From positions 4,340,001 to 4,404,000 of the forward strand of contig CM082590.2 in assembly GCA_040954595.2 (NCBI GenBank): a stretch of DNA of 64,000 bases, written 5' to 3'. Position numbers and translations under genes: made by a program. Numbering within the stretch: position 1 is the stretch's first letter; each line of letters starts with the position of its first letter. Shown one piece after another: positions 40,327 through 53,300 of the stretch. This DNA is from Balanoglossus misakiensis. Its lineage: Eukaryota > Animalia > Hemichordata. The notes under the pieces were generated by a model. It saw only the letters and a program-made list of their open reading frames with translations. It was not told the DNA's origin and ran no database searches.

Positions 40327-41520
40327 TTATCTTGACACACCCAGCCTTTTGAACATTTCGTGGATTACACTCTGGGCATCTGGTCTGCTTCTTTCTTCCT
40401 GGTTCAATGCTGACAACAAAGAGGAGAAATTACTCCGATAGAATTTCTCTCCTTCTGTTGACACTGCACTACGGAGTGTACCATCCGCGCTCCTTTTAGA
40501 CCACTCGGATATGACGAACAGTGTCATTGACATCGGTTTGTCTTCCCAACCTTCAACTTCCTTGTACCAGATCCCCAAGATGTCTGCCAAAGCTTTGTAG
40601 TCAAAACCAATGGGTCGTCTGACATCCATTAATATGGCAAACTCTTTGAGGGCATCCTTCAGCACCCACTTGACATCACTTTCATATCCATATTTACGGA
40701 GGAATGTGGTGTCATATCCAGCACAGAGCAAGTCAGTGACAGCTTCTTCTTGACCTATTTGCTCATCATACACTCCACTTCCATTCTGCTCAGCTTCTGT
40801 GATTTTCTGCATTGGGTAGAATCTTACATTCTCTGGGTTGCTGTGAATTCGCAGCGAGTGGGCGCTGAGAATATGGGTGTCGACCTCGATACCCGGACAG
40901 CAGATCTCTATGACGTCATAGATATCATTGGTCACCATTTCCAGTAACTGGTAACATGCCCCTATGTCTTCTCCCTTTTCTGCTCTGACACAGGTGTGGA
41001 TTGCCGTCCATCCATCTGTCATGTACACCAATCCTTCTACGATGCGGCAGACTTTGATACCATTCTTCCATATTCCACTGGGAGGGTAACCCATTTCCTC
41101 AAAATGACGGTAGAGCCTGGTCTGTAGGCGTGGGAACAAACCTGGTGTGAAGCTGTCTGTTTCATCATGGCATTCGATTCTTCTACCAAAATAGTGATGC
41201 TTAGTGGGATCCGATTCCCATTGATTTGCTGGCATTTTATCTTCCAAGAGTCCAGGGATGATGTAAGATTTTGGATTGGACTCATCTTCATGGAGAAGCT
41301 CAAAATGCTTGAGAAGAACCATGACTAAGTTGGTATCACCGTAACCACTGAATACTCGAGCAATTTCTGTCTCGTGATAGAACTTCTGATTTTTCGGCAG
41401 TTTGTCGCTGTATTGAACGAAGATATCAGTTGCCATCAGTCGACCTAAGATTTCTGAACACAACCATTGACCATCAAGAACAATGATATCATCACCAAGT
41501 GGATTCTTGACAAAGATACT
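40327..41520 (-). CDS. Last exon of the Roco gene: COR and death-like domain
   Basis: Real part of ORF 40327..41706 below the acceptor AG at 41521-41522; DAPK-type COR motifs. Confidence 0.88.
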   Translation of the reverse strand, partial: SIFVKNPLGDDIIVLDGQWLCSEILGRLMATDIFVQYSDKLPKNQKFYHETEIARVFSGYGDTNLVMVLLKHFELLHEDESNPKSYIIPGLLEDKMPANQWESDPTKHHYFGRRIECHDETDSFTPGLFPRLQTRLYRHFEEMGYPPSGIWKNGIKVCRIVEGLVYMTDGWTAIHTCVRAEKGEDIGACYQLLEMVTNDIYDVIEICCPGIEVDTHILSAHSLRIHSNPENVRFYPMQKITEAEQNGSGVYDEQIGQEEAVTDLLCAGYDTTFLRKYGYESDVKWVLKDALKEFAILMDVRRPIGFDYKALADILGIWYKEVEGWEDKPMSMTLFVISEWSKRSADGTLRSAVSTEGEKFYRSNFSSLLSALNQEERSRPDAQSVIHEMFKRLGVSR

Positions 41521-41864
41521 CTGCAACAAACACGAAGAATGAAATAAACTTAAGATGGTAACAAAAGTTGATTTAAAGAAAATAGTATATTGATGGATGA
41601 GATGTAAATGGTGGATGAACGAATAAATCAATGAATCAATGAATAATGATGGTTGAAAGGACAGGTAGATGGATGGATGGGTGGATGGATGTATGTATAT
41701 ATGCATTCATGCATTCTCGCATGTATGTATGTATGTACGTACGTATGTATGTATGTATGTATGTATGTATGTATGTATGTATGTATGTATGTACTGTATG
41801 CGTGTATATATGTATGTATGTACTGTATGTGTGTATGTATGTATGTATGAATGTAGTATGTATG

Positions 41865-41898
<34 letters not shown>

Positions 41899-44334
41899 TG
41901 TATGTATGTATGTATGTACGTACGTACGTATGTATGTACTGTATGTGTGTATGTATGTATGTATGTATGTATGTATGTATGTATGTATGTATGTATGTAT
42001 GTATGTATGTACTGTATGTGTGTATGTATGTATGAATGTAGTATGTATGTATGTATGTATGTATGTATGTATGTATGTATGTATGTATGTGATGGTGGGT
42101 GGTGGATGGATTGTTGGATGGGATGGGTCAAAGAGATGGAAGGATTGAGTGATTCATTGATATGTGACTGACTGACTGGATATATGCAATAAATATGTGA
42201 GGTTTAATGACATACAATGATTGGGTGGCCGGATTGGTGGATGAACTATTTGGTGTATATCTTCATTTACCTCGCCAATGCTATCCAGGTAAGATGTAGC
42301 TGTTCTCAGGAAGGGCTCTTTAACCAATGGATCAATTTCCTTTACTTTTTCCACATATGTCTTCCAGTACAGGACAGGGAATTTAAGAAGCTGGTTACGC
42401 CATATTCGCTTCTTGTCGACAATTTTTGCACATAACCTTGGTATTTTTTCTTTCTTCTGTAATGTAATGAAGGAATGGAGAATTTTGATGAGTAGCTATA
42501 TTTTCAAATCATCGATTCAATAAACTCAGCCATGGAAAATGGGACCAAAGACCATTCCTAACATGTCACATGCAATATAAAAGATATATTGCCGTCAACA
42601 TGCCATTACATAATGCTTTTTAATCACTTCTGAACATCTGGAAACTTTCAGTAATCATACCTGTGTTGGTAAGTGTGTATACAACCATCACCAACACCAA
42701 GAAAATGCCCTTAGTATTTCGTGCATTTATATATTATGTTACTACATAACTTGGTTCACTGAGTGAACCTGTGGTAAACAGAAAGGGGATGAAAGTATGA
42801 AGAAATATTTACAGGAAAAACTGCATACAGATGAAGATTTGATTGGAGTGATTAATCTAACCTGGCCAATTGTTGTGAGAAATGTTGGATTGATCACTCC
42901 CATTGAAATAATTGTTTCTGCTGTAGTGTTTTTATCATTTTTGATTTGACAGATATTAAAATCAATATGATATAAAATAGTTATGCATTTATGTTAAACT
43001 CACCTTGAACCCACGTAAGATCACACGTAGTCTGCCCATTGCTTCACTTTGAGAATCATGACAATTTACCAAAACTGTCTCATCCACGATATTCAAATAA
43101 TCGCCAAATTTCTTCTTCAACTCTTTGCGTACCTTTTCTACAACCCATTTGGCTATAATAGAAAACATAAAATAAAAATGGGTTATGGTAATTACGGATG
43201 TACATGCAAAACGTAAACTCGTAGACTGTGTGAACTTATGGGCATGTCACTATTCCTATAACATAGAAAAAAATGGGTATCGGTATTTACCTAGTATTCA
43301 AAGTAGGCATCTTCTGACTAAAAGATTGTAAGTAATTATGTCAGATCTTTTTGAAAAAATACTTATCGTGCATCACCTTATAATGAACTGCTTCTAAAAT
43401 ACCCCACCCATCAAAATGTGTTTGGATGCAGAAACAGATTTGTCTAAATCAATGTTGGTTTTACCATTACAAACTGGATTGTGTGTGAGTTTGTGTGTAC
43501 AAGTGTATTGTTCCAGCATTTGTATGTTGTAACTGCAATCAAACAAATTGACTCACCACTCTCTTGTTGAGATTCATCCAACATATCAGCTCTACTTGCG
43601 ATCAATATCACAGTTGGTTTGGTGTCTTCACTCCGAGACGAAGCATCATCACTCTTTGGGATGCTGCTTATCATGCCTTTGAAGAACTGGGCCCATATGT
43701 TGGTCTGAAAATTATCACAATGATTTAATTACAACCAATCAATCAATCAATTTAATTACAACCAATCAATCAATGTAATTAATTGATTTAAGTGTTGTGG
43801 CACGTTTTATATGTGTTGAGGGTTTTCACCCAAAATATTTTAATTGATTTCACAAATAATATCTACAGAATCATCGCTCCAGGTATGGATTGGTTTCTAT
43901 AGACCAGTCATTTAAGAAAATGCCTAAGTGCGTCGCTACATACTTTGTCATTCACATGTGACCTTTGTTTCCAGTACATTAAGATTGTCTTGGGGATGCA
44001 ATTGGTAGAATATTTCATAATAGTGGCACTGTAATGCCACACATAAACCATACTAAGTTCAGAGCATACAAAAACATGCAAGAAATTATGACAGTCTGTA
44101 TTTGTTAGGCATTGCATCTGGGGACTACTCACCAACCCCCCTCCCCAACCTGTCCTCAAATGACTAGTTCTATATTTGGACATAGTAGGTTAAAAACTAG
44201 ATTTCATTCCGGTGTGTGTGTGTGTTGGTGTTTGTTTGTTTGTGTGTGGCCGTTCTCAAATGACTAGTTCCATATGTGGACAAATATGTAGTAGGTTAAA
44301 TTGGACATACTTTACAGTTTCTATTTCGTTCCGG

Positions 44335-44388
<54 letters not shown>

Positions 44389-47300
44389 GGGTCATGTCTC
44401 ACCTCTTTCAGTGCTTGTTCCAACATCTCTATAGGCTTCTTCAAATGTTTAGGGTCATCTTTCACCATTTCTGTTATTTTAAACAGAAGCATAAACACAG
44501 CATCTTCTGCTCTCAGGAACATGTTGTGTGTCACGTAGTACTCACACTGTCCAGCAAAATCCATGACAATGTATTCTCCAACCTTTGGTATGTCGACAGT
44601 TTTGACATCAATACCAGGTGTCGGTGTGTATCCAGTCTTGTCCGGTGGAGGGGCTTTTTCTGCAGCTCGTCGAGTGACATTCGCTTTCCAGAAGCCCTGT
44701 ATGAAATTGCAGTAAGTGTTTGTGTTGACAGTGACACTGTCACTGATTGGCAAGTAACACTATCATTTAAAGGGACAAAGTCTCTCTCTAGCTGCCCCTT
44801 TTTCCATTAATTATATTTGATACAAGACACTGTTTGTTATTCTACATGTGGATATATAATGAATGAACGTTCAACCACACACAATTTTCATCCCTCTTAT
44901 AGACAGGAGAGTGAAAAAACTCGCCAAAATGAATAATCGTTCTTTACCATTTATTCATTTTGGGCAAGTTTTTACTCTCATATCATACAAACAGGATGGA
45001 AGTTGTGTGTTGTTGATCATTGATTCACTATATATCCACATGTACATTAACATAAACAGTGTCTTGTATCAAACATAATTAATGGAAAAAAGGGCAGCGA
45101 GAGAGAGACTTTGTCCCTTTAAGCAAACTATTTCACCTGGACATCATGATAATGTTTAATAGATTGTAATAAGAATTCCTAGTTTGGTGAAATGTATATG
45201 TACGCTGTATATTACAATATGCAAAATAGGTGAATAAATGAAAAATTTCATAGTATCATTGCAATAGATAAACAACGAACTTGAAACATTGATGAAACCT
45301 TGGAAGTTAAAAACAGTGTGACCATACAATGTTTGACAAAGATACAGGTATACATATGAAAATCATTGTTACCCGTTGCAAAGATTTCACAATGGTTGTC
45401 TTTCCAACACCACCAAATCCACAGACATGAACTCTGCTACTATTTCGCGTGATGCCAGGTTCTCTCATCAAAACATTGAATGCCCTCTTCCTCGGTTCGG
45501 CCTGATGTGAACAAAAAGAACAACAGTAACAGCAAGCGACAGCATTCTCAGAAGACTGGCCAAATATTGACAAATCGACTGTGATATCAAACGAACACTA
45601 CGCTACATTAATGACAAAATATGGCTACGACAGCCTCGTATTTAGTGCACTTAAATGGACAAAATCTCTCTCACTGCCCCTTTCCCATTAATTGTGTTTG
45701 ATACAAGACACTGTTTAGGTTAATGTACATGTGGATATATAGTGAATCAATATTCGACCACACACAACTTCCACCCCGCTTGTAGACACGAGAGTGACAA
45801 ACTCGCCAACATTAATAATTGGTCTCTACAGTTTATTCATTTTGGGGGAGTTTTTACTCTCATATCCTACAAACAGGACGGAAGTTGTGTGTAGTCGAAC
45901 GTTGATTTAAAATATATCCACTTGTAGAATAACATAAACGGTGTCTTGTATCAAACATAATTAATAGAAAATGGCAGTGAGAGAGAAAGACTTTGTCCCT
46001 TTAATTCAAAGAAGCAAGTAGAGTGATAAGTCTGGTGTGTAATGCATATGTCAAAATGCAGCGATTATGAATTGTGGATGAAACACTGAATAAGAACGAT
46101 GATACATGTTAGTATCATTTATTGGTAACAGAAAGTTGAAAGAGTTGAAAGTAACAATAGTATTGTAAGTATTGTCAACAAGTGCACAAGTTCCTATTTA
46201 AATCAAAGTAAGGAGTACAATATTTTAGACCTACCAATTAATGTAAATTAAACGAAATCACATTTAGCAACGGCAACGGTTTCACTTTGAAATTTAAATT
46301 AGAGTGTACAAAGAGGTTAAAACTAATCTCCACTCTCCAAAGTGTTTCTTTCGGTTTCTGTTCTGGAAATGAATAACTTACAAGTAACAGTGTTCCTTTT
46401 GAATATGACAGTTACTTTGTATTTATGGGAAATATTACCTTCAGCAGGGATTTGACTCTTCTGTCGTCTGCAACATCCAGAGGTGTCTTTCCTTCCTGTA
46501 ACGTGGAGAAAAGATTTTAAGCCCATTGCTATGATTTGGTTGAAACTGCTTCATGACGTTTTATATGGACTCTTCACAAATCTAATATTTGCAAAACATG
46601 CCTCTGGTTGGAATTTATTTGAGTATCGGAATGTGACAGTCGGGACAATTTTCATGGTTTTCTAGTGTTAAACTTAAAAGGGGAGTTCTCGTGGCGTTGA
46701 GATTGCGCGCGAGGGTGTCTCCCTTGATTAACACATTTCCCAGAATGCCTCACTATTCTCTGCACATAAAAATGGCTGCTATGGATAATAATTAAGCGAG
46801 TTTCACTGACAGTACAGTTTCAACTACTAGTATAATGGTGACAGTACATGTTTTGTGCGAGAGAGGGTGGTGTCAGAAGGACTGACATGAGACGACATTA
46901 CGAAAGTGATAGTTCGACTTGGAGAGCAAACATGATAATAAAAGCATCATAGCATCAGTAGGAAAGCCACATTCGAGCCGTTTCGATCCCTGATCCAAGT
47001 CGCACCCACAATGCACTGCTGTTGAAGTGGGGCGGCATAACAAAAAAATTCATATCGATTGTGCATTTTGTGATAAAAGCTCAGATGGGTGTTAATGTGT
47101 AATTAACTCCATCGGCCATGTAACGCCGGGAACACACAGACGTGTACGCAGGGCTAGGAACACACATTCCCATACGCACAGACACATACGACACAACGAC
47201 ACAACCCAACACAGAACTCAAGCAATTGCTCCATCGAGACCATGACCGTACTTACATGCAGACTCATTTGAATGTCAATTTCGCCTTGGTTTTATGGCCG

Positions 47301-50300
47301 CCAAGCTGAAAGTTTTTGTTTCAGGGTTTTGACAAATAACATCGGAGTAGGCAAGTGACAGGCAAACATCAGGAAACAGATAATGTTTCATGACACACGG
47401 GGACAGTGGGATTTTCGACATTACCTACACAGTCATAAATTTCGACAACATGTGGTGGGAAAGTATTTGAAATAAAATGTACGCATGACCACAGCAACAC
47501 GTGGCAAAGGCAAGCCAAGTTCTGACATGAACATTGCGATCGTACTGGTGAATTTTACGGCTTCCCAGCAGCCAGCAATCTAGACTTATCAACTGAAGAC
47601 CCATCTCCGAAAAAGTTATTATTTTCAGAAATTTGCACTAAGTTTAATTCCACTTTCCTCATGCAACGGAAGATGTGGAATGTTTTAAAAAATCTATGCT
47701 TTTCACTAGCTTCCGCCCATTTGTATAATACACCCTTTACGGTAACAACAAACTGTACCCGGAAACACCTACACTAGATGATTTCATGTCTTCTTAGAAA
47801 CACAGAGAAAGAAACTGCCCGGTTTAATCCCCCTGAAATTTTACCCATCCTAAATGCAAAATACATAATAATTTATCAAGCCATAGGCCGACCTCATGGC
47901 AAGTTTCTACGGTTATTTAAGCCTTCAATTTGGATTGAGCATTGTTTGAATCGTGAACTGGTAGCCTAGGTCACACTATATAGGGATTACGCGATATACT
48001 CATGTCATCAATGGCAAATTGAGATCTAGCCAATCACAGATTTTCAGTGGGTGGCACACGCGAAAGAAAGAGCGCCACCATAAGTTCTTTAGAACGCCCA
48101 AATACGTCATGTCAGCCATATATGGGCGTATGCAAGTTGGAGGTGACTGTATACCTTTAAGCATGCACTGCTACACACATTCTGAAACATTCATTTGTGA
48201 GATGGCACAACATGTTTTGCCGAAAGTTTTTTTTTTTTTTTTTTTTTTTTGGGGGGGGGGGGGGGGTTAATTAATAGTAGGATACATCCCTGTCCCCCAC
48301 GTAATGGACATGAGAATGCATGATGTGGTGATAGGGCTCTGTCCTTTGAGGGTACATTAACATCACAGGTATTCGTTTACTTGAGATTTATGATACACGC
48401 GTGTGTTGTTTTCATTTGAAGATGCCCTCTGTACAATACCTCAAACTGACAATGATTTAAATATAATAAAAACGTGTCAACTGATGTGTGAGTATAGAAT
48501 AGAATTTGTGTGATTACATTAACTTACATTATCCTGCACATCGATGCTGGCATTGGATTGCAGTAGAAGTTTCACCACGCCATCACGGCCATATAGTGCT
48601 GCATGGTGTAACGGTGACCAACCAATCTGTGGGAATACAACAAAAAGGTGTCACTGAAAATTCCTGACTATAAGCGTTAAATGGAACATGCAATGTTTCA
48701 ATAAGCATGCACTGTGAGACACATTCTGAACATTCATTTGTGAGATGGCACAACATGTTTTGCCGACACTTTTTTTTTCTTTTTTTTTTGGGGGGGGGAT
48801 AAATTAATAGTAGGATACATCCCAGTCCCCCACGTAATGGACATGAATTCATGATGTGGTGATAGGGCTCTGTCCTTTGAGGGTACATTAACATCACAGG
48901 TATTCTTTTATTTAAGATTTATGATACGTGCGTGTGTTGTTTTCATTTGAAGATGCCCTCTATACAATACCCTCAAACTGACAATGATCTAAATATTATA
49001 AAAGCCTAGACAGCAGTTTCATTACCCCTTAAAAGTGCATTGGAATTAGCCAATCAAAGAATGGCAATCATGAATGAAAGGTAAGAAATATGCGGAACCA
49101 CTATTGACATTCAAATGATTATGTTGGACTTCAGCCAGAAAACTTTATTTTAGTCTCGCCAGCCAGACCTCTCTCTCTGTCATTCAACGGCATAGCCACA
49201 CAAAGTGACCGTCAAAGACGGCCTCGCCGCTTGTGGCGCCATTTATGTACCTGTGTGCAGCGTCGACGGATAGCGAGGTCTGGCCAAATGTTTCTTTAGA
49301 GTCAGTTTCATAACGGTAACAGCATGATGACGGTTTATGAACGAATCCCACTTTGTAGATTTTCGGTTGAAAAGTCATCCCAAGTTTGGAGACTTTTCCG
49401 TTGAAAATGACCCTTCTGGGGTGTACATACCCGTACACATTCCTATGGGAGTACCCCCCCCCCCCCCCGCCTGTTGTGCAGGATACTTGGCGCCCCTTTA
49501 ATTGCATGTAGCAATAGTTCATGGTTAGGTCCCTAACTTTCCGGTCAAAAAGTAAACTATTGGTAGATTATTTGTCGAAAAACCTTATTATGAATTTCGA
49601 TATGAACACCCTGATCCCAACCTCTCGAATTACTCGACGTTTTAATAAAATATTGCTTTATAGTGGTATGATATTCAAAAGTGAATTAGTTGGTCTCAAA
49701 AGAGATAAGAATTTAACTTGGCCGCAGGTATAGCCACGGTCCAAAAACTCTCCCTCAAACTCTTTCATACTCTTCATAATCCTATTATGCGTGTCGGTTT
49801 ATTGCACTAGTTTCGTGATTGACATCCCGAAGGTCGTCAACACTACAAAATATAAGTACAGTGTCACCTTTTTGGCCATTCGGGCTATTGGTGAGTGAGC
49901 ATGTAAAGCCACTTACATCATTCTTAGCATTGACGTCAGCTCCATGGTCGATCAACACTTGTGCCACTTCTAGTTTATTTTCCCAGGCTGCAGTATGCAA
50001 TGCTGTGGATTCATCCTGAAATTGACAAATTCATTTGAATTAAAATGAACACAAGCTTTGTTCCAATGTTGGACTTGTAAGGTGACATGGCTATAATTTC
50101 AATGGAATTGATTTTTAACTGTAAGTGTTCACTGTGTTGAGTTAAATGTGTGTAGCATCTATAGTTGTTTCAGACCAAAACACTTTATTGTTTCAGAGAA
50201 CATTTATAACGTGTCCTATAGATTTTTCTAACAAGTGTAACACTGTACAATTCTAATGTAGCGCACTATACATGTTTATGCACACTCATCGGCCCCACAG

Positions 50301-53300
50301 GTCTTAATATCATTTCATAAATTACATTGATATGTTGAAATTTCCAATCAGACTAAGTACTCTAACATATAAACATGACGGATGTGATACACCCGACACA
50401 AACAATCCCCTGTTTCTCTGTTGATGTTGGTACGTACGGTACATCAATGTTATAATTATTGAATGTTGCTAGGAAACATCAGAAAAAGAATTGTCTAAAC
50501 CAATCTGGACATTTCTCTCAAATTTGTATTTTTTTTAAAAGCGTTTTAGTATACATTGAATGGAACTGAAATCACATATGTCTGGTTCACTGAATTTAAC
50601 AAAAAACATAAAAGGAAAATTGTGGTCGCGCAAATAAGTGTGAAAGTGGAGTTCACTAAACAAATTTAATTAAACCTTCTACCGGTAATTAACACAAGAA
50701 AGTTGCTTGTTGAATTTATGTGACCAATCTGATTAAAATCAGATGTAGAGTTAGGCGTTGTCTTTACCTATGGTGAGGCAGTGCAAATACTTACCCAGCT
50801 ACCGTATACACCCTTTGCATTGACATCGTACCCATCAGTTATCAACAATTGAATCCTTGCAACATCACCATTCTCAGCGGCTTTAATGAGATCCTATAAC
50901 ATTCAATGAAACATACAATTGTTATTTTTTAAATATTCCGTTAAATATAAAATTCCTTTGTATTTGAACAGACCGTTGATTATGAATAAACAACATCACA
51001 AACACCAGGAAAGTGATAGCTAAACTGTTACATCGCATTGTATGAACTTTGTGCATCGATGATATGGTAAAGTATTCTAATTACACATAAACGTACACGG
51101 CTTACACCAAAATATAGATACTGGAAAATGCCCGGATGAGCCCTTAGACTCATGATAAGGCAACAGTCTCAAGAAAATGGTGAACAAATGTAATGAAAGT
51201 ATCACCATATGAATGTTTGTCCAAACTATGTGAGCAAGTTATTGTGTGGCTGTAGCAGTGTGTGGGTCGTGCGACAGCTTTGTATACCTGGTCGCTGATG
51301 TGCTTCCTAAGAAGCATTTTGACTGTTTGATAGGACTTGCATGATTTCCATACTAGAAATGTGAACAAGGTTATGGTCAATACACTGTCCAGACGCTCTA
51401 TTGTTATAGTCTACAGATTTGGGATGTCGTCCTGTTGGTCAGAACATGGAATCCACAACCGACGGTCAGCAATGAACGTCACACCACGGCTGTCACTACA
51501 CGGCCAACGGATAACACTTGTTTCTGTTGTGATCAGCCACAAAGTCACAGTTGACGTAGACAAGCTGCTTTCTATCGGTTAGAATGTCTCATTTTTATAG
51601 TAGTTAACCGTATGCGCTTAGGGACTGGTCAGTTTCTCCGGCCGGGGGTGGATTCTTTTTTGTGGATATCAAAAAGTGACTGACCGCACCCCTCCTTCAT
51701 TGACCATGCAAAAGTGGGTGACCCCCCATCACCCAATTTAGTCCATGGGCCAGGACCCGATTTTTCATGAATTGGTATCAGAAAGATGGACAAAGCCTCA
51801 TGTGGTTTTTTGGAAAGGCCTATATCTCTAGATTGTAAATTGGGGTGATAGCCCTGCCTATCGAGTAGCTTTCTGCATTTTTTCCCTCAAAAACTAATGT
51901 AAGAACATAAAACTTTCCGACCCAAATTTTGGGGGTAGGGGAACTTTAAATTGCTGTATCTCCAGCAAAACTAAAGCCAGAACTGTCATTTACCACTCAA
52001 ATTGTGTGTTTTTTAGAACTCTACCAATATAATATATTTTGGTGGTAATTCGTTTTGAATTGAGGTCAGTAGAGGTCAAAAGGTCATGAAATTTGGGTCA
52101 TTCTGAAAATTTGTAGTATGACTATTTCTTGAACGATAGTTTTGAACTTAAGTCTTTAAATGTCATTTAGAAGATAAAATACTCTCCCAGAATGTATTTC
52201 AAACCAATAGAAAATCTTATTATTCATTTATGACCAGAAAAACACAAATAAGGAGAAACGACAGAAAGACATCCAATTTTCCACTCAGATTTAAGGGTAG
52301 GGGAAACTTAAGTTCTTGTAACTCCGGCAAAAATAAACCCAGAACAGTCATCTACCACTCAAATTGTGTGTTTTTAGAACTCTACCAATATAATATATTT
52401 TGGTGGTAATTCGTTTTGAATTAAGGCCAATAGAGGTCAAAAGGTCATGAAATTTGGGTCATTCTGAACATTTGTAGTATGACTATTTCTTGAACGATTT
52501 TTTTGAACTTAAGTCTTTAAATGTCATTTAGAAGATAAAATACTCTCCCAGAATCTATTTCAAACCAATAAAAAAAACTATTATTCAATTACGATCAGAA
52601 AAACACAAATACAGAGATACGGAAGAATGGCACAAGACTTCAGACCCTGATATTGGGGTAGGGGAAACTTAAGTAGTTGTAACTCCGGCAAAAATAAAGC
52701 CAGAACAGTCATCTACCTCTCAAATTGTGTGTTTTTTTAGCACTCTAGCGATTGTATATGTATTTGGTGCAATTTTGTTCTGAATTTAGGTCAAAGAGGT
52801 CAAAAGATCACAAGATTTGGGCAATTTCGAAATATTATGGTACGAACATTTCCCGCATTAATTGTTTAAACCCAAGTCTTCAAATGTCATTTATGAGATA
52901 AAATACTCTATACCATTTTTTCCGGACCAATTGAAGACCTTATTATTCAATTAAAATCAGAAAAAAAATAGTAGAGAAACTGGATAATAACAAACAATTC
53001 CCACGGATTTTGGGGTAGGTTTGGCCATCTAACAGGTAAGTATACACCCAACTGATCATGCACATATGGTGTTTAGGAGAACGGATGTGCAGATTTGTGA
53101 ACCTTTGCATGCTGCTCATGTGCACTGTACTTGTATGATGATTCCTAACAATACTACGAGAAGGGGCCATTATAGCATTGTAGCTCTGATTGTGTATTAT
53201 TGTTGGATACCATCCTACAGTGTACAGGCACAGCAGATGACAAGCCAAGCAAAGGTTCAAAAATCTGCTTATTTTTTTTCCTCAACACAATATGAGCATG

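Noticed and set aside
41628-42171. ORFs rich in MYVC/HTYI
   Set aside because: Translations of the (TATG)n microsatellite.
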